A stretch of 64,000 nt of DNA from Pachysolen tannophilus NRRL Y-2460 (Eukaryota). The notes under the pieces are model-generated. The model searched no databases, was not told where the DNA came from, and saw only the letters and a list, made by a program, of their open reading frames with translations. The position numbers and the translations under genes are program-made. The stretch covers positions 1 to 64,000 of the forward strand of contig KV454011.1 in the NCBI GenBank assembly GCA_001661245.1, read 5' to 3'. The stretch's first letter is position 1; the number at the start of each line of letters is the position of its first letter. Of this stretch, positions 31,723 through 43,156 are shown in pieces.

Positions 31723-33219
31723 TTATTTCAAATTTCTGAGAACGTCTAACATTTTGTCTACATCAGTGATTTTCTCTCTTAATTTACCCACCTTCTTACC
31801 ATCTTGTATTTCTTTTGCTTCTAGTTTCTTCCAGTCCTTCCATGTCACGTACAAGTGGTTTCTATTTTGCAAGATTTTAGCAATGCCTTGAGCTCCTTCC
31901 TTGGGCTCACTTTCAAATTTCCCTTGCAGCTTGTCTTCTAATATTAAATCCCCAGTGTCAAAACTATCAATCATCGTTGATGCAATGACACCTGTAGGTC
32001 CTTTACTAATCCAGCCTGATGAATAAAACCCATCTACAAAAGAGTCTGGGTTTTTGGAATTTTTAATTCTTCCATGTTCATTTAAAATTCTTCCTCTCTT
32101 TTCATCAAACAGAATTCCAAACTCTTCAAATCCAGGCAAAGCACTTCCTCTATAACCTGTTGAAGTTATTAATAATTCATTCTTGTAAGTTATAGTGATG
32201 TCGGTTGGTACAACTTTAGTTGAATTTTTTTCATCGTCTTCCAATAAATTGTTTACTTGAAATTTTGTAGATTCCAAAATAGCTGGGTTTTTACTAGATG
32301 GTTTGACCTCTATTGGAGATTTTAAATAATCTAACTCAAATGTTTTAGGAAAATTAACGTTTTGTTTAATGGCTTCAAAATATCTATCAATTAACTCTAA
32401 TCTTCTCTTGTGGACTCTACCAAAATTTTTAATAAATGGTCTTACAGGATCAAGAAACTCAGTTGGAACAGGAGAAAATCCAACCCCATAATTATAAAGC
32501 TCTAATAATTCTCTAAATTCTTTATTTGTAAAAGCAGTTTGTAAAAAACCTCTTCTAGCTACAATTTTCACATTTTTAACTTTGGATTTTTTTAAAACAT
32601 TTTGAGCATTGGCAGTTATATCAGTTTTAGACCACGCTTCAATCGGTACTAACATTGTCCTTGCAACATCAAGTGCAACATTACCATTACCAATAATAAT
32701 AACATTTTCTACTTGATCCAAAGGTGGATTTAAATCCTGGAAATCTGGTAAACCATTATACCACCCAACAAATTTTCTAGCAGTAATAACTCCTTTAGAA
32801 TCAATCCCAGGAATTTTAGATAAACCAATTAAATTATCTTCATCACATCCATAAGAAAAAACAATACAATTATAATTGTCTCTTAATTCTTTCAATGATA
32901 CATCTTTCCCAATCTTTACATTTCCGAAAAAACTAAAATCTGGTGAATTTGAAATTTCTTCAAAAGTATCTGTACAATTCTTAACTTCTGGATGATCTGG
33001 TGCAACCCCAAATCTTACTAAACCATATGGAACAGGCAACTTCTCAAATACATCAACTTTTAAATCACCCTTGGATTTTTTCAATAAATGATATGCAGTA
33101 TAAAAACCTGATGGACCTGACCCAATAATAGCAACTTTAGTACTGTGAAATCTATTTAATGTGGACTTAAATATCGTTTTTTGAAAAATCCCATTATTAA
33201 TTGATCTTATCATCATCAT
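31723..33219 (-). CDS. ARH1: Mitochondrial adrenodoxin reductase
   Basis: VAIIGSGPSGFY, GLVRFGVAPDHPEVKN, IIGNGNVALDVAR, GWISKGPTGVI. Confidence 0.95.
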   Translation of the reverse strand: MMMIRSINNGIFQKTIFKSTLNRFHSTKVAIIGSGPSGFYTAYHLLKKSKGDLKVDVFEKLPVPYGLVRFGVAPDHPEVKNCTDTFEEISNSPDFSFFGNVKIGKDVSLKELRDNYNCIVFSYGCDEDNLIGLSKIPGIDSKGVITARKFVGWYNGLPDFQDLNPPLDQVENVIIIGNGNVALDVARTMLVPIEAWSKTDITANAQNVLKKSKVKNVKIVARRGFLQTAFTNKEFRELLELYNYGVGFSPVPTEFLDPVRPFIKNFGRVHKRRLELIDRYFEAIKQNVNFPKTFELDYLKSPIEVKPSSKNPAILESTKFQVNNLLEDDEKNSTKVVPTDITITYKNELLITSTGYRGSALPGFEEFGILFDEKRGRILNEHGRIKNSKNPDSFVDGFYSSGWISKGPTGVIASTMIDSFDTGDLILEDKLQGKFESEPKEGAQGIAKILQNRNHLYVTWKDWKKLEAKEIQDGKKVGKLREKITDVDKMLDVLRNLK

Positions 33220-33533
33220 AATATTCTTTAACTAGAACTTACGGCTTGCTAAAACTTATAAAAAGTTTAAACTATACGCAATATTTATATATATTTAAAT
33301 AAATATATAAATATTTATTAGTTCAACTTAATTGTACTTTCGGACTTTAGATATCGAGTTTTTTTTTTTGCTCTTTTTTTTTTTTTTGCTTGAAGACTTA
33401 TTTTTCATTTTATAAATGATACCAACTAACTTGTTTGAATTTATTTCTCATGGTAACGAAGATGATAATTTTACAATTCAAGTTTAATTTTTTAAGTTCG
33501 TAATCTATTAATTTTATTTTACAATATATAAAA

Positions 33534-34202
33534 TTATACAGCATAATTGGAACACCGAGTTTCATTATGAGTATCGCCGCATTTTATAGAACAAAATCTA
33601 GTACCACATCTTACACAAGTATAGCTAGAATTATTCCCACATATGCTACAAGTTTTAAGTTCTGGTACAGCGTTAATTTGGTTTGTATTATCCCTTGTTT
33701 CTAAATTTGCCCATATTTTCAATATATTTGAAGTATCTTCATCTAAATAGTTGTTTAAATTTTTCTTGGAACTCAAGATTCTTTTAGTGTTTGGTGTTGA
33801 TCCAAGTTTAAATCTTCTACCAGATTTATTCATTACATTCAAATTCTTACTACTATTTCCAAAATAATCAAATCCTTCCTTGGGTACTTCTATCTTGGCA
33901 AGTTGATGTTCATTATAATTTTCTCTATCCAATTCCAACAATCTCTTATTTGATTTTCTCGTAGCCTTCATCTCTGCTGTAGACCCATCATTATTATTTT
34001 GACCATGTGCATTAGCTTCTAACACAGCAACATCATAATTCACCACCTGTTGGTATCTTGAATTCCTGCCACCAAATGATTTCAGATTTTCCTTTTGAGA
34101 ATCATCTCCATAAAATGGTTTTTTCAGACCTGTTCCACCATACAACGATGAATAATACAAACTTGTCTTATAACCTTTCGGTATCTCTTCTATAAATGAC
34201 AT
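33534..34202 (-). CDS. VPS71: SWR1 complex zf-HIT subunit
   Basis: C-terminal CSICG...CVRCG...CSIKC...HNETRC; LLELDRENY; TKRILSSKKNL. Confidence 0.85.
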   Translation of the reverse strand: MSFIEEIPKGYKTSLYYSSLYGGTGLKKPFYGDDSQKENLKSFGGRNSRYQQVVNYDVAVLEANAHGQNNNDGSTAEMKATRKSNKRLLELDRENYNEHQLAKIEVPKEGFDYFGNSSKNLNVMNKSGRRFKLGSTPNTKRILSSKKNLNNYLDEDTSNILKIWANLETRDNTNQINAVPELKTCSICGNNSSYTCVRCGTRFCSIKCGDTHNETRCSNYAV

Positions 34203-34600
34203 ACTCTAAAAATCTCCAGATACTTTTCAAAAAGAAAAATAAAATAATTAATATCTAATTGATAACTTGAAGTATTAACTTATTATTGTATTATCCATTT
34301 GGTTCACAAGATGTTCTATGGTTTTGATAATTGTCAAACTACCTCCAAGTAGCAGTCAACATTACAATTCATTTCAAAGTTTCCATCTACGAGGAATATT
34401 TTTGGTAGAAATCTCAATATGAAATAGGTATATACAAGATCATGGGAAAGATTATATAAATGCAAAACAGTATAATAGGTTAAAAAAGAAATAAAAATAA
34501 AAAATAGAAATCAAGACAGTTCGTTTTCATAACATCTTCTCTTTCTACACTGAAACATAAGTTCTGTTGATAATCATTTTAGTTCAAGGAATCCACAGGA

Positions 34601-35187
34601 CTATTTTTTTTCGTCGCTATTATCCAATGGAACACCTCCTTTCTCGAATGGAGCTTCTTTTTCAGCTTCATCTAACATTGGCTTAATACCTTTTTTAACT
34701 AAGTTCAGCTATAAATAAAACATTCCAAAGGAAAAAAAAATTAGTAAGTCAAATCTTGAGAATACAATAATATATTTCCCCAGCTTGGAGGAAAAAACAT
34801 ATTAAGTGAACTTACCTCGACACATTCTTTGTATTCAATCCATAAATCCTCACATTCGTTTTGCATCTGTTAACCAAAAAGAAAATTCAGTGTTAGTATT
34901 AGAGCCCATATTCAAATCATTACACCAACTTTAAAAACCCCTGATTAAGTGTCCAGCATGTACGAAAAAACTTACACTTTTCCCCTTTAAAAACTCTAAA
35001 GTAAGTAAATAATAATAAAAAAAAATAGTTAGTTAGTAACATTTATAATGTAAAAAATGAAAAATGAATAATTCATGAAATGTAATTTCAACTTACTCTC
35101 TGTGTACCAATTATTAAAGCAGTCGTCATATTTCTGCTTTGCTTCTGTACACTCCGGGGCAAAACTTGCTGACATTATATTACCCAT
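34601..35187 (-). CDS. MDM35: Mitochondrial twin CX9C protein; 4 exons (35187-35097, 34995-34976, 34866-34816, 34708-34601); not in ORF track
   Basis: Spliced product [54 protein letters not shown](CTG)NLVKKGIKPMLDEAEKEAPFEKGG; three GTAAGT...CTAA[C/T]...YAG introns. Confidence 0.95.
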
Positions 35188-35646
35188 CGATATCAACTTT
35201 AACTCTATAAAGAACTAAATCAAATTAAAGGTAGATAAATAGATAAGTTTAATACCATCTTATAGATGATGATGGATTTTTCAACAACAAAATTTGAAAG
35301 TTACCAATTTTCCCACGACCTAAATCTTTAATTGAAAATACTATTACAATTTACAATTCTACACAATTCAAGTCTACAAGAATAAAAGTAATAATAAAAT
35401 GGTGAATATTTTATAATAATTTTATCTAAAAAATTTATGATATCCTCTTGTGTTTTAACGAGTTTCATAAGTCAAAAAACATGAAAAATAGAGAGGAAAA
35501 AAAAATCAAAAAAAAAAAAAAAAAATTTTAAAAATAAAAATTTAAAACTTCGCAACACACTTTAACAAGTAAAGATAGAGAGAAAAATCATTAAATATTT
35601 CATTAATTAAGGAAAAAGTGAAAAACTACCATCCTCTTTCTAAAAT

Positions 35647-37036
35647 TTAATCATGATGGTGACGTAAGTGAAAGTAGTATTCAAGGGAGTAACCAAGAGC
35701 TATAATGGCAACAGAAATATGTAAAAGTGGAGCACCTGAAGCATTGTCTCCATCAAAGTGCTTAGCTCTGTATCTACCTATTAAACCTGATGGCTTTGGG
35801 AATGAAGCTTCACCTTGTGGTAATTTTTTGTAGAATGAAACAACTTGTTCCATTCTCTTGGCAGCTGGATTTGAACCCAAGTTCTAAAACAAAAAAAGAA
35901 AGAGAAAAAAAAATTGTTAGTATTTTGAAACTTAAATGGTTTTATGAAGTTGAGAAGAGAAGAATAAGCAAAAGTCATCAATTCGTATTCAGCACTTGAG
36001 AATTTCAAACATCATTCAAAATAAAAAAATTTTTTTTTTCAAAAAATAGTCTATATCGCCATATTGTTTACATGAATTGGGTCAATCATTCTTATTCAAT
36101 CTAAAAATATTCAAATTGATACAACCAATTAAGCAAACAACAAAATACTAATTGATCAATCAATAAGTTTTTATTTTTTATTTTACATTTTCAATAAAAT
36201 CAACATTTCAACTAACTTAAAATTATGAAAAAACTTTTGCTTTATTTCTTCCACTAAATTGAATTTTTTTTTTTAAAAAAAAAAAAAANNNNNNNNNNNN
36301 NNNNNNNNNNNNNNNNNNNNNNNNNNNNNNNNNNNNNNNNNNNNNNNNNNNNNNNNNNNNNNNNNNNNNNNNNNNNNNNNNNNNNNNNNNNNNNNNNNNN
36401 NNNNNNNNNNNNNNNNNNNNNNNNNNNNNNNNNNNNNNNNNNNNNNNNNNNNNNNNNNNNNNNNNNNNNNNNNNNNNNNNNNNNNNNNNNNNNNNNNNNN
36501 NNNNNNNNNNNNNNNNNNNNNNNNNNNNNNNNNNNNNNNNNNNNNNNNNNNNNNNNNNNNNNNNNNNNNNNNNNNNNNNNNNNNNNNNNNNNNNNNNTTG
36601 AAACTTAAATGGTTTTATGAAGTTGAGAAGAGAAGAATAAGCAAAAGTCATCAATTCGTATTCAGCACTTGAGAATTTCAAACATCATTCAAAATAAAAA
36701 AATTTTTTTTTTTCAAAAAATAGTCTATATCGCCATATTGTTTACATGAATTGGGTCAATCATTCTTATTCAATCTAAAAATATTCAAATTGATACAACC
36801 AATTAAGCAAACAACAAAATACTAATTGATCAATCAATAAGTTTTTATTTTTATTTTACATTTTCAATAAAATCAACATTTCAACTAACTTAAAATTATG
36901 AAAAAACTTTTGCTTTATTTCTTCCACTAAATTGAATTTTTTTTTTAAAAAAAAAAAAAAGAAAAAGACATACCTTTGCCGAAGCAATCTTTGGTGGAAT
37001 TAAAGTTGACAATTGACGTCTAATAACAAATGACAT
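35647..37036 (-). CDS. ATP17: ATP synthase subunit f; 2 exons (37036-36974, 35883-35647); intron spans an assembly gap
   Basis: Exon 1 [21 protein letters not shown] then GTATGT; TACTAAC...TAG then [10 protein letters not shown]...FDGDNASG...[10 protein letters not shown]. Confidence 0.93.
35925..36960. other. Assembly gap (36289-36597) with about 360 bp duplicated on both sides
   Basis: 35925-36288 is essentially identical to 36598-36960 apart from homopolymer lengths. Confidence 0.85.
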
Positions 37037-37241
37037 TTTCAGAATTGATTATTATCACTAAATACTATTAAATATTAACTATATTTTATCTAATAATACT
37101 TTTTATAAATTTCTTCCATTTGGGAATAAAATTTGAGATTATTATTGGTCTGTTATTTGCACGTTTTTTTGTAAAAAAATTTAAATGGCAGAAATACCCG
37201 ATTTAATTGATATAATACGCACTACACTAGAGGATACATCC

Positions 37242-37275
37242 TACACCGCTTACACCATTTACACCATTTACACCA
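37242..37275. repeat. 9-bp tandem repeat (TTTACACCA-like, x4)
   Basis: TACACC at 37242, 37251, 37260, 37269. Confidence 0.8.
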
Positions 37276-37388
37276 CGACAATGAATATATGGTCAATATA
37301 AACTTATTATTATATACTACATTTATTTGAAATAAAATAATTTAAAATTCTATGTTTCCTTTATCTTTTGAGAGTTTGGGACTTTGAC

Positions 37389-37891
37389 TCAAGCAGCGGA
37401 GATGTACATGACTAAAAATACATTGGGGGAAAACAGGTTGCTTGTTAGTACTATGTTTTAAGTTTCTTTTGTACTAGACTCGTGATTTCTTTAAAAATTC
37501 AAGAAACAGCAAAAGTCAGGTTTCTCTAATTCTGGTAGAAACACTAGAGTCTAAAAAGTTTTACTTACCGTTATTTCCTCTAATGAAAACATCTCCATAT
37601 TTTCTAATTAATTCGTGCTGAGAATACTCCTGTGTATTCTCCAAAACTATATTCATATAACCATCTATACTTTGAAGTAATCCTGTGGGCGCAAAAAAAA
37701 GAAAAAAAAAAAGAATGTTAGTTACTTAAGTCATTTCATTTATCGTTCTGGACTTGGATAAAAAATCAAAACTTACCATGATATTCGATACCACTTCTTA
37801 ATTTAACTATAACTTCTTCACCTTGTATTTCTGCTAAAAAAACAGATGGATCAGAGTTGGCAGACGATGTTGTTGCTATTGATTCTGACAT
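37389..37891 (-). CDS. LSM6: Sm-like protein Lsm6; 3 exons (37891-37777, 37682-37569, 37411-37389); not in ORF track
   Basis: Spliced product MSESIATTSSANSDPSVFLAEIQGEEVIVKLRSGIEYHGLLQSIDGYMNIVLENTQEYSQHELIRKYGDVFIRGNNVMYISAA; two GTAAGT introns. Confidence 0.9.
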
Positions 37892-38251
37892 TATTAAAAG
37901 CTAGAATAAACTAAATCTCTAATTGCAATATCAAAAAGAGTTTATCAAAATACTGATTATTCTTTTTTAAATTTTGATAACAGTCCAATTTTCATCTAAA
38001 AGCATTATTTTTTTTGTTTAACGAAAAAGTTCTAAGAGAAAAGAAAAGAAAAAAAAAAAAAAATCAAATTAGGGCGGTGGACACATACAAAACTTAAAGG
38101 TAACTACGGAATAGCTTAAACCCTTCAATATCTATGAGTAATTGGTTGGAAATATTATTTAATATTATCATTATACAAGATAAACAACTATAAATTCAAA
38201 GAAAAGAAAAGTTTGAAAAAAAAAATGACTAGTTTTTTTTTTTTTTCTTTA

Positions 38252-39217
38252 TTATGCTACTTCGCTACTCAAGTTGGTAAGACTTAATTCTTTCATTTCA
38301 ACTAATAAATTATCGACATCTGTATTAATCTTGTTTAATTCTGTTTCTGAGTTTTCATTAATTCTGTTCAAATCATTTATCTTGGAGAATTCTTGGACAA
38401 TTTCAGTGAAAACTTTATTTTGTATCTTGATAAAACTTTCAAAAGATGGGTCAATTATAGAAGACCTTATACTTATAAATTGTTCTATTTCTTTCTTCAA
38501 ATTTTCATTCAAATCATTATATACTCTTGAAGCTTCATTGAATTGGTTTGTTACTTTTATTAATTCTTCTTGAGTTTTCTCCTTTTCAATACTATTTGAA
38601 TGTTGCCTTTTTAACTCATCTTCTAATTTATTTTTTTTATGACTTAAATTATCAAAATCTAATTTTTTATGATTTCTCTTTTTAATCAAATTATTAAACT
38701 CTTTATTAAATTCATTAAACTCTTTTAAAGGTTGTAAAATGGTAATATCAATTGGTTCAATAATTTCAGGTAATTTTTCCATTTTAATTTCAGTTAAAAT
38801 TTTTAATAAATCAAGAGATATACCATCTCTACTGTTCAATTTCTGTTGCGTGTATTTATTATTCAAAGAATTACTGGAAACCGTAGTTGATGTAGAAGAT
38901 TGCCTTGAATGCGAAATTGGTGACCCCACCGATTTCTTATCTTCTTTAACTTTATCACCACCAACAGCAAAATCATAATCACCATAAAAGTTATCAACAG
39001 TTTTAGCTATATTTATTTGGAAATCAATCAATTTCCTCAAATTCTCATGATAATTTCTTAAATTATCATACATCTTCTTGGAATTCGATTCTAAAAGTTT
39101 AAAATTCTTTTCTTGAAGATCAAATTCTTCATCAACTGACTCATCAATATTACCGGTTTTTAACTTCACCTGAGTCCCAGCCCTATTGATAGCCTTTTTA
39201 AACCCAGTCCAAGACAT
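38252..39217 (-). CDS. BAR-domain protein, Rvs161 paralogue (Rvs162-like)
   Basis: MSWTGFKKAINRAG amphipathic helix, LIKKRNHKKLDFD, IIDPSFESFIKIQ; internal Ser-rich insertion. Confidence 0.8.
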   Translation of the reverse strand: MSWTGFKKAINRAGTQVKLKTGNIDESVDEEFDLQEKNFKLLESNSKKMYDNLRNYHENLRKLIDFQINIAKTVDNFYGDYDFAVGGDKVKEDKKSVGSPISHSRQSSTSTTVSSNSLNNKYTQQKLNSRDGISLDLLKILTEIKMEKLPEIIEPIDITILQPLKEFNEFNKEFNNLIKKRNHKKLDFDNLSHKKNKLEDELKRQHSNSIEKEKTQEELIKVTNQFNEASRVYNDLNENLKKEIEQFISIRSSIIDPSFESFIKIQNKVFTEIVQEFSKINDLNRINENSETELNKINTDVDNLLVEMKELSLTNLSSEVA

Positions 39218-40022
39218 CTTATTTCAAAGAATATACATAAATATATACTATAAGAACAAGAAAATTAAAACCTTCTTCTTTTCAAAAGACCAATGGAAAT
39301 ATATGATTTTTATTTAAAACTTATTTATTTAATTATTTATTTTAAAAAATCAAGTGCTATTATAAATACCGGTAATTTTAACTCTTCTCCTTTATTACCG
39401 TTACAAAGTGGTTTTAGAAAAATACAGCATTATTCGCACGACCTTATTATCGGCTTATTATTTTTAACAATAGTTTGTTTTCACCTGCATAAAGTCGCTT
39501 ATTTTTTAAACATGCCGATAGTTGTTTCAAGAACTTTAAAAGAAAAGAAAAGGTTTCAAATGAGTTATTCTAATATCAGAATTGAATGAATTGTTTATTC
39601 TTCAAATTTTCCTTTTCGTTTTTCTTTTTTTTTCTAATTTTTTTTTTTCTTTTTTGATGTGGTTAAGAAATTATGGTATGACATCAGATAGAATTTAGCC
39701 AATATATGCACTAATGCAAGACGCCTGGAGCGAGTTAGCAAACATTGATAATGATGTTCGGTGCAAGGCGTGGGTTTAGCTGTTGAAATATACACTTTTT
39801 TTTTTTTTTTTTTGCGAAAAATCTATTGAGATGATTTGCTTTTGATGGTAATGCTATGCTTTATTATTTTATTATAGGTGGAATAAAAAAAAAATGAAAA
39901 AAAAAGATAAAAAAGAAAAGAATAAAATAAAATTAAGTACAGACAACTTCAAAGCACAAAATATGTTCAGTATGAGCAACTAATTTTGAGATTAAAGTTA
40001 TCTTTCTTTTTTCTTTTTTTTT

Positions 40023-42224
40023 TCATCTTTGTAATTGTTGATTTATAAATTTGCAGAAACTTTTATCTTCGATTTTTAGACTATCAATGTCATGTATGAA
40101 CAATTTTTTAAAAGATTTACTATATTTTTTTAAATTATTTTTTTGATAAATTGTATTTTCAATTTTTGAACTTGGACCACAGTCTGCAAAATCGTAAATT
40201 GCTGTAAATAACAAATCATGAATATCAATTTTAGAATTTTTAATAAGTTCTAAATTTGTATTTGTAAAGGCTGAAAGCAGTTGTTGCTCATTTGATCCAA
40301 AAGATCGTTTTTCTTTCTCATTATTATTCAACTTAATGATACCATTCTTCTGTATTAAAATTTCCTTTTTAATTATTTTAAAAAAATTATTATAATTGAA
40401 CAGAGTTAAAAATAATGGATATTGAACATTTTTCTTAAAATAATCAATAAAAGTTTTTTTATAGTTGTAACTTACAGAATTTGGTCTTTGACTCAATTCA
40501 CTAGTAGCTTTCTCTTTATAAAAAGATAATGTTCTAGTATCATTCACAGGATCATGCTGAATATTAAAACTAAAAGCATCTCCCAGAACATGGTTATCCA
40601 GTAAGGAATGATATCTTATAATATCTGGATCTCTGTTAACCAATTTATATTTTTCATCAAACACAAATGATGCAGCAAATAAAGTTTCGGTTAAACTATG
40701 GTTTTCAAATTCTTCTTGTATTATTTTTCCATCTTCTGAAGTGGTACCAGAATTACTTGCTCCATCGTTTCTATTAACTCCTTCTAAAGAAGATGAAGAT
40801 GATGAAGGAATGTGCACGCCTGTTATTAAAGGATAATAGATTTGATTGTAATAATCGTAATATAATGATAATAATAACGTCCTAAAATGATATTTTTTAT
40901 TCATGAAAAATTGTGATGAATCAGTAGTTGAATCAATTAAAGTAGATTCTGTGCCATGGAATGGAATATTATCACCAAAACTTGTTTTGAAAATTTCTTC
41001 ATTGACATAATATTTATCCTTACCAAATTTATTTAATTTATCTTCTTTTACACCGTTTACATTAAAAGATGTGATATCATAAAATAATGGATTTGTCAAT
41101 CTTTTGGAATATTTTTCAGACCAAAAAATGAGATTTTCAACATCATTGTATTCATTCTCACTAAATAAATGATCTATGTTGTTTAAGACCAAATTCCCAG
41201 ATTTTAAAACCATCATTTTTTCAAAAGAAATACCAAAAATTAGAATAGCTTTCTTCAAGAAATTTTCATTAAAACCAAGTTTTTCGGAAGCGTTGACTTC
41301 AAAATTGTTGATAAAATTATCCCAATTTGGTACTAATACGCAAGAAGCATCCAATGTTGATTCCAATAAGTAAGTTTGACAAAAATCTTTAATATAATGG
41401 TCTTGTAAAATATCATTTGTCCGTGATTGAAAGACAACTTTTATTGGAATTTGAGAATTAACTTTTTCCAATGAACGTATGGTTAGCATTGTTTTAAACA
41501 CATTTTCTAACGAACTCTTATTATCCAATTCATTTAAGATGACTACTCCATTGGTGTTTCCAACATAAGAATTCTCATAAATTTTTCTAAATGATTTTTC
41601 TCTTTGTAATAAATTTAGCAATAATTTACCATGCATACCTGCTAACGAATTTAAATCCAAATTTGACAAATCAGTGAGTACATTATTTTGCATCAATAAA
41701 TCCTTAGTAACTATATCAGTTATATCAGTTTGTCTTTTAAACCTTAGCATTTGTTGATTTTTGTCATTATCTATGAACTTATTTGTAGTTTCAAAATTAT
41801 TGATTATAAAAGCATTTGGCTTATTAGCTTGTAATAAATCCTTGATGATAACTTTCAAAAAATTCGAATTCTTTAAATCCACTTCTTTAATTAAATTGGG
41901 ATTTTTATTATTAAAATTCACTGTGAAAAATGAAGAGAAAATTCTTGTAAGAACCCCATCAGTTTGCAAATATTCTTGATTTTGCAGTTGAATTCGTACC
42001 TGACCATCTTCCAGATTCCTAACTCTGTTTCTTAATTGATTTTCTAAAGAAATTCTCTCTTGTTGCTGATAAGTCAGAGTTAAAAAAATCCAAAGGAAAA
42101 AAACACAAAATAATACCACTCTAACGTACTTCGAATACCTCTTTCGTTTTAAATATCTATTAACTGAAGGTATGCTTGCAGCTGAAGAATTTCGTCTGTG
42201 GACCGTACTATTACTCCGAATCAT
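40023..42224 (-). CDS. Divergent GT71 (Mnn2/Mnn5-like) type II membrane protein
   Basis: Single N-terminal TM; LTIRSLEKVNSQIPIKV, KKAILIFGISFEK, LIFWS...RLTNPLFYDI, TLLLSLYY, YYPLITG; first ATG at 42224. Confidence 0.65.
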   Translation of the reverse strand: MIRSNSTVHRRNSSAASIPSVNRYLKRKRYSKYVRVVLFCVFFLWIFLTLTYQQQERISLENQLRNRVRNLEDGQVRIQLQNQEYLQTDGVLTRIFSSFFTVNFNNKNPNLIKEVDLKNSNFLKVIIKDLLQANKPNAFIINNFETTNKFIDNDKNQQMLRFKRQTDITDIVTKDLLMQNNVLTDLSNLDLNSLAGMHGKLLLNLLQREKSFRKIYENSYVGNTNGVVILNELDNKSSLENVFKTMLTIRSLEKVNSQIPIKVVFQSRTNDILQDHYIKDFCQTYLLESTLDASCVLVPNWDNFINNFEVNASEKLGFNENFLKKAILIFGISFEKMMVLKSGNLVLNNIDHLFSENEYNDVENLIFWSEKYSKRLTNPLFYDITSFNVNGVKEDKLNKFGKDKYYVNEEIFKTSFGDNIPFHGTESTLIDSTTDSSQFFMNKKYHFRTLLLSLYYDYYNQIYYPLITGVHIPSSSSSSLEGVNRNDGASNSGTTSEDGKIIQEEFENHSLTETLFAASFVFDEKYKLVNRDPDIIRYHSLLDNHVLGDAFSFNIQHDPVNDTRTLSFYKEKATSELSQRPNSVSYNYKKTFIDYFKKNVQYPLFLTLFNYNNFFKIIKKEILIQKNGIIKLNNNEKEKRSFGSNEQQLLSAFTNTNLELIKNSKIDIHDLLFTAIYDFADCGPSSKIENTIYQKNNLKKYSKSFKKLFIHDIDSLKIEDKSFCKFINQQLQR

Positions 42225-43156
42225 GATCCCAATTTTTTTTTTATATAACAAAATTTAGAAAAAAAAAGAATGAGACTACTTGAAATAAAATAAGGCCACT
42301 GAGTGAATTATAAATATATATATATGTACTTCTTTTTCTGATATCAACTATTGGAGATGGTACTTACTTATATTAGAATAAAAAAAAATGAAAAGAAAAG
42401 AAAGCATTATAGTTTTTCAAAAAAGAATGAATAGGCATAAAACTTTTCTAAAAATCAAATATCTCAAAAAGTAAAGTTTTAGTTATTATCAAAGCTATGA
42501 AGTTAAGCAGTTACAAGTTCAAGTCAGAAAGGAAAATTTCAAAGTTAAATCCTCGATTATGCATGTCTGATGAGGGATCAACGGTACTAATACTTCCAGA
42601 CTTTTTTTTTTTTCCAACAAAAACGGTTATCTTTTTTTTTTTTTCTAAAAAAAAAATGATTCTAAACTTAAGATATAGCAAGATTAGAAATATATATCAA
42701 AAATAAACTCTCCCACTAATTGAAAGAATCATCACATAAAAATGATAAAAAATCCCCAAGGTCAATCAGATACATCATTAAACTGTATCTATCTATTATT
42801 TGGTCTTTACTAGCTTAACCCTGCATATAGATCACTATATGTCTCAAAAAAAATTCTGGTCAAATTTCATGTGTCACTAATGGTTTTTTGATTTTTTGAT
42901 TTTTTGGAAAAATGGCAGATTTTATAAATGTCACCTGTGACGCAAATGCCACAGTATGTCATGTCGTTTATTTTTTAGAAATGGCTTTTATAGCAACTAG
43001 TGAAGATTAGATAGATGGGTAATTTATTGTTTAATTAATTTATATTGATTTGCTTTGGTTTTTTCTTTTTATCTATTTTTTTTTTTCTTTGTCTCATTGG
43101 AAATCAATTTCCATTTCTTCTTGTGTGTTTTATTTTTTGAAAGTTGAGAGTTAAAG

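Noticed and set aside
35925..36960. True tandem duplication inside the ATP17 intron
   Set aside because: Copies abut an N-gap and end at long homopolymers, typical of unmerged contig ends
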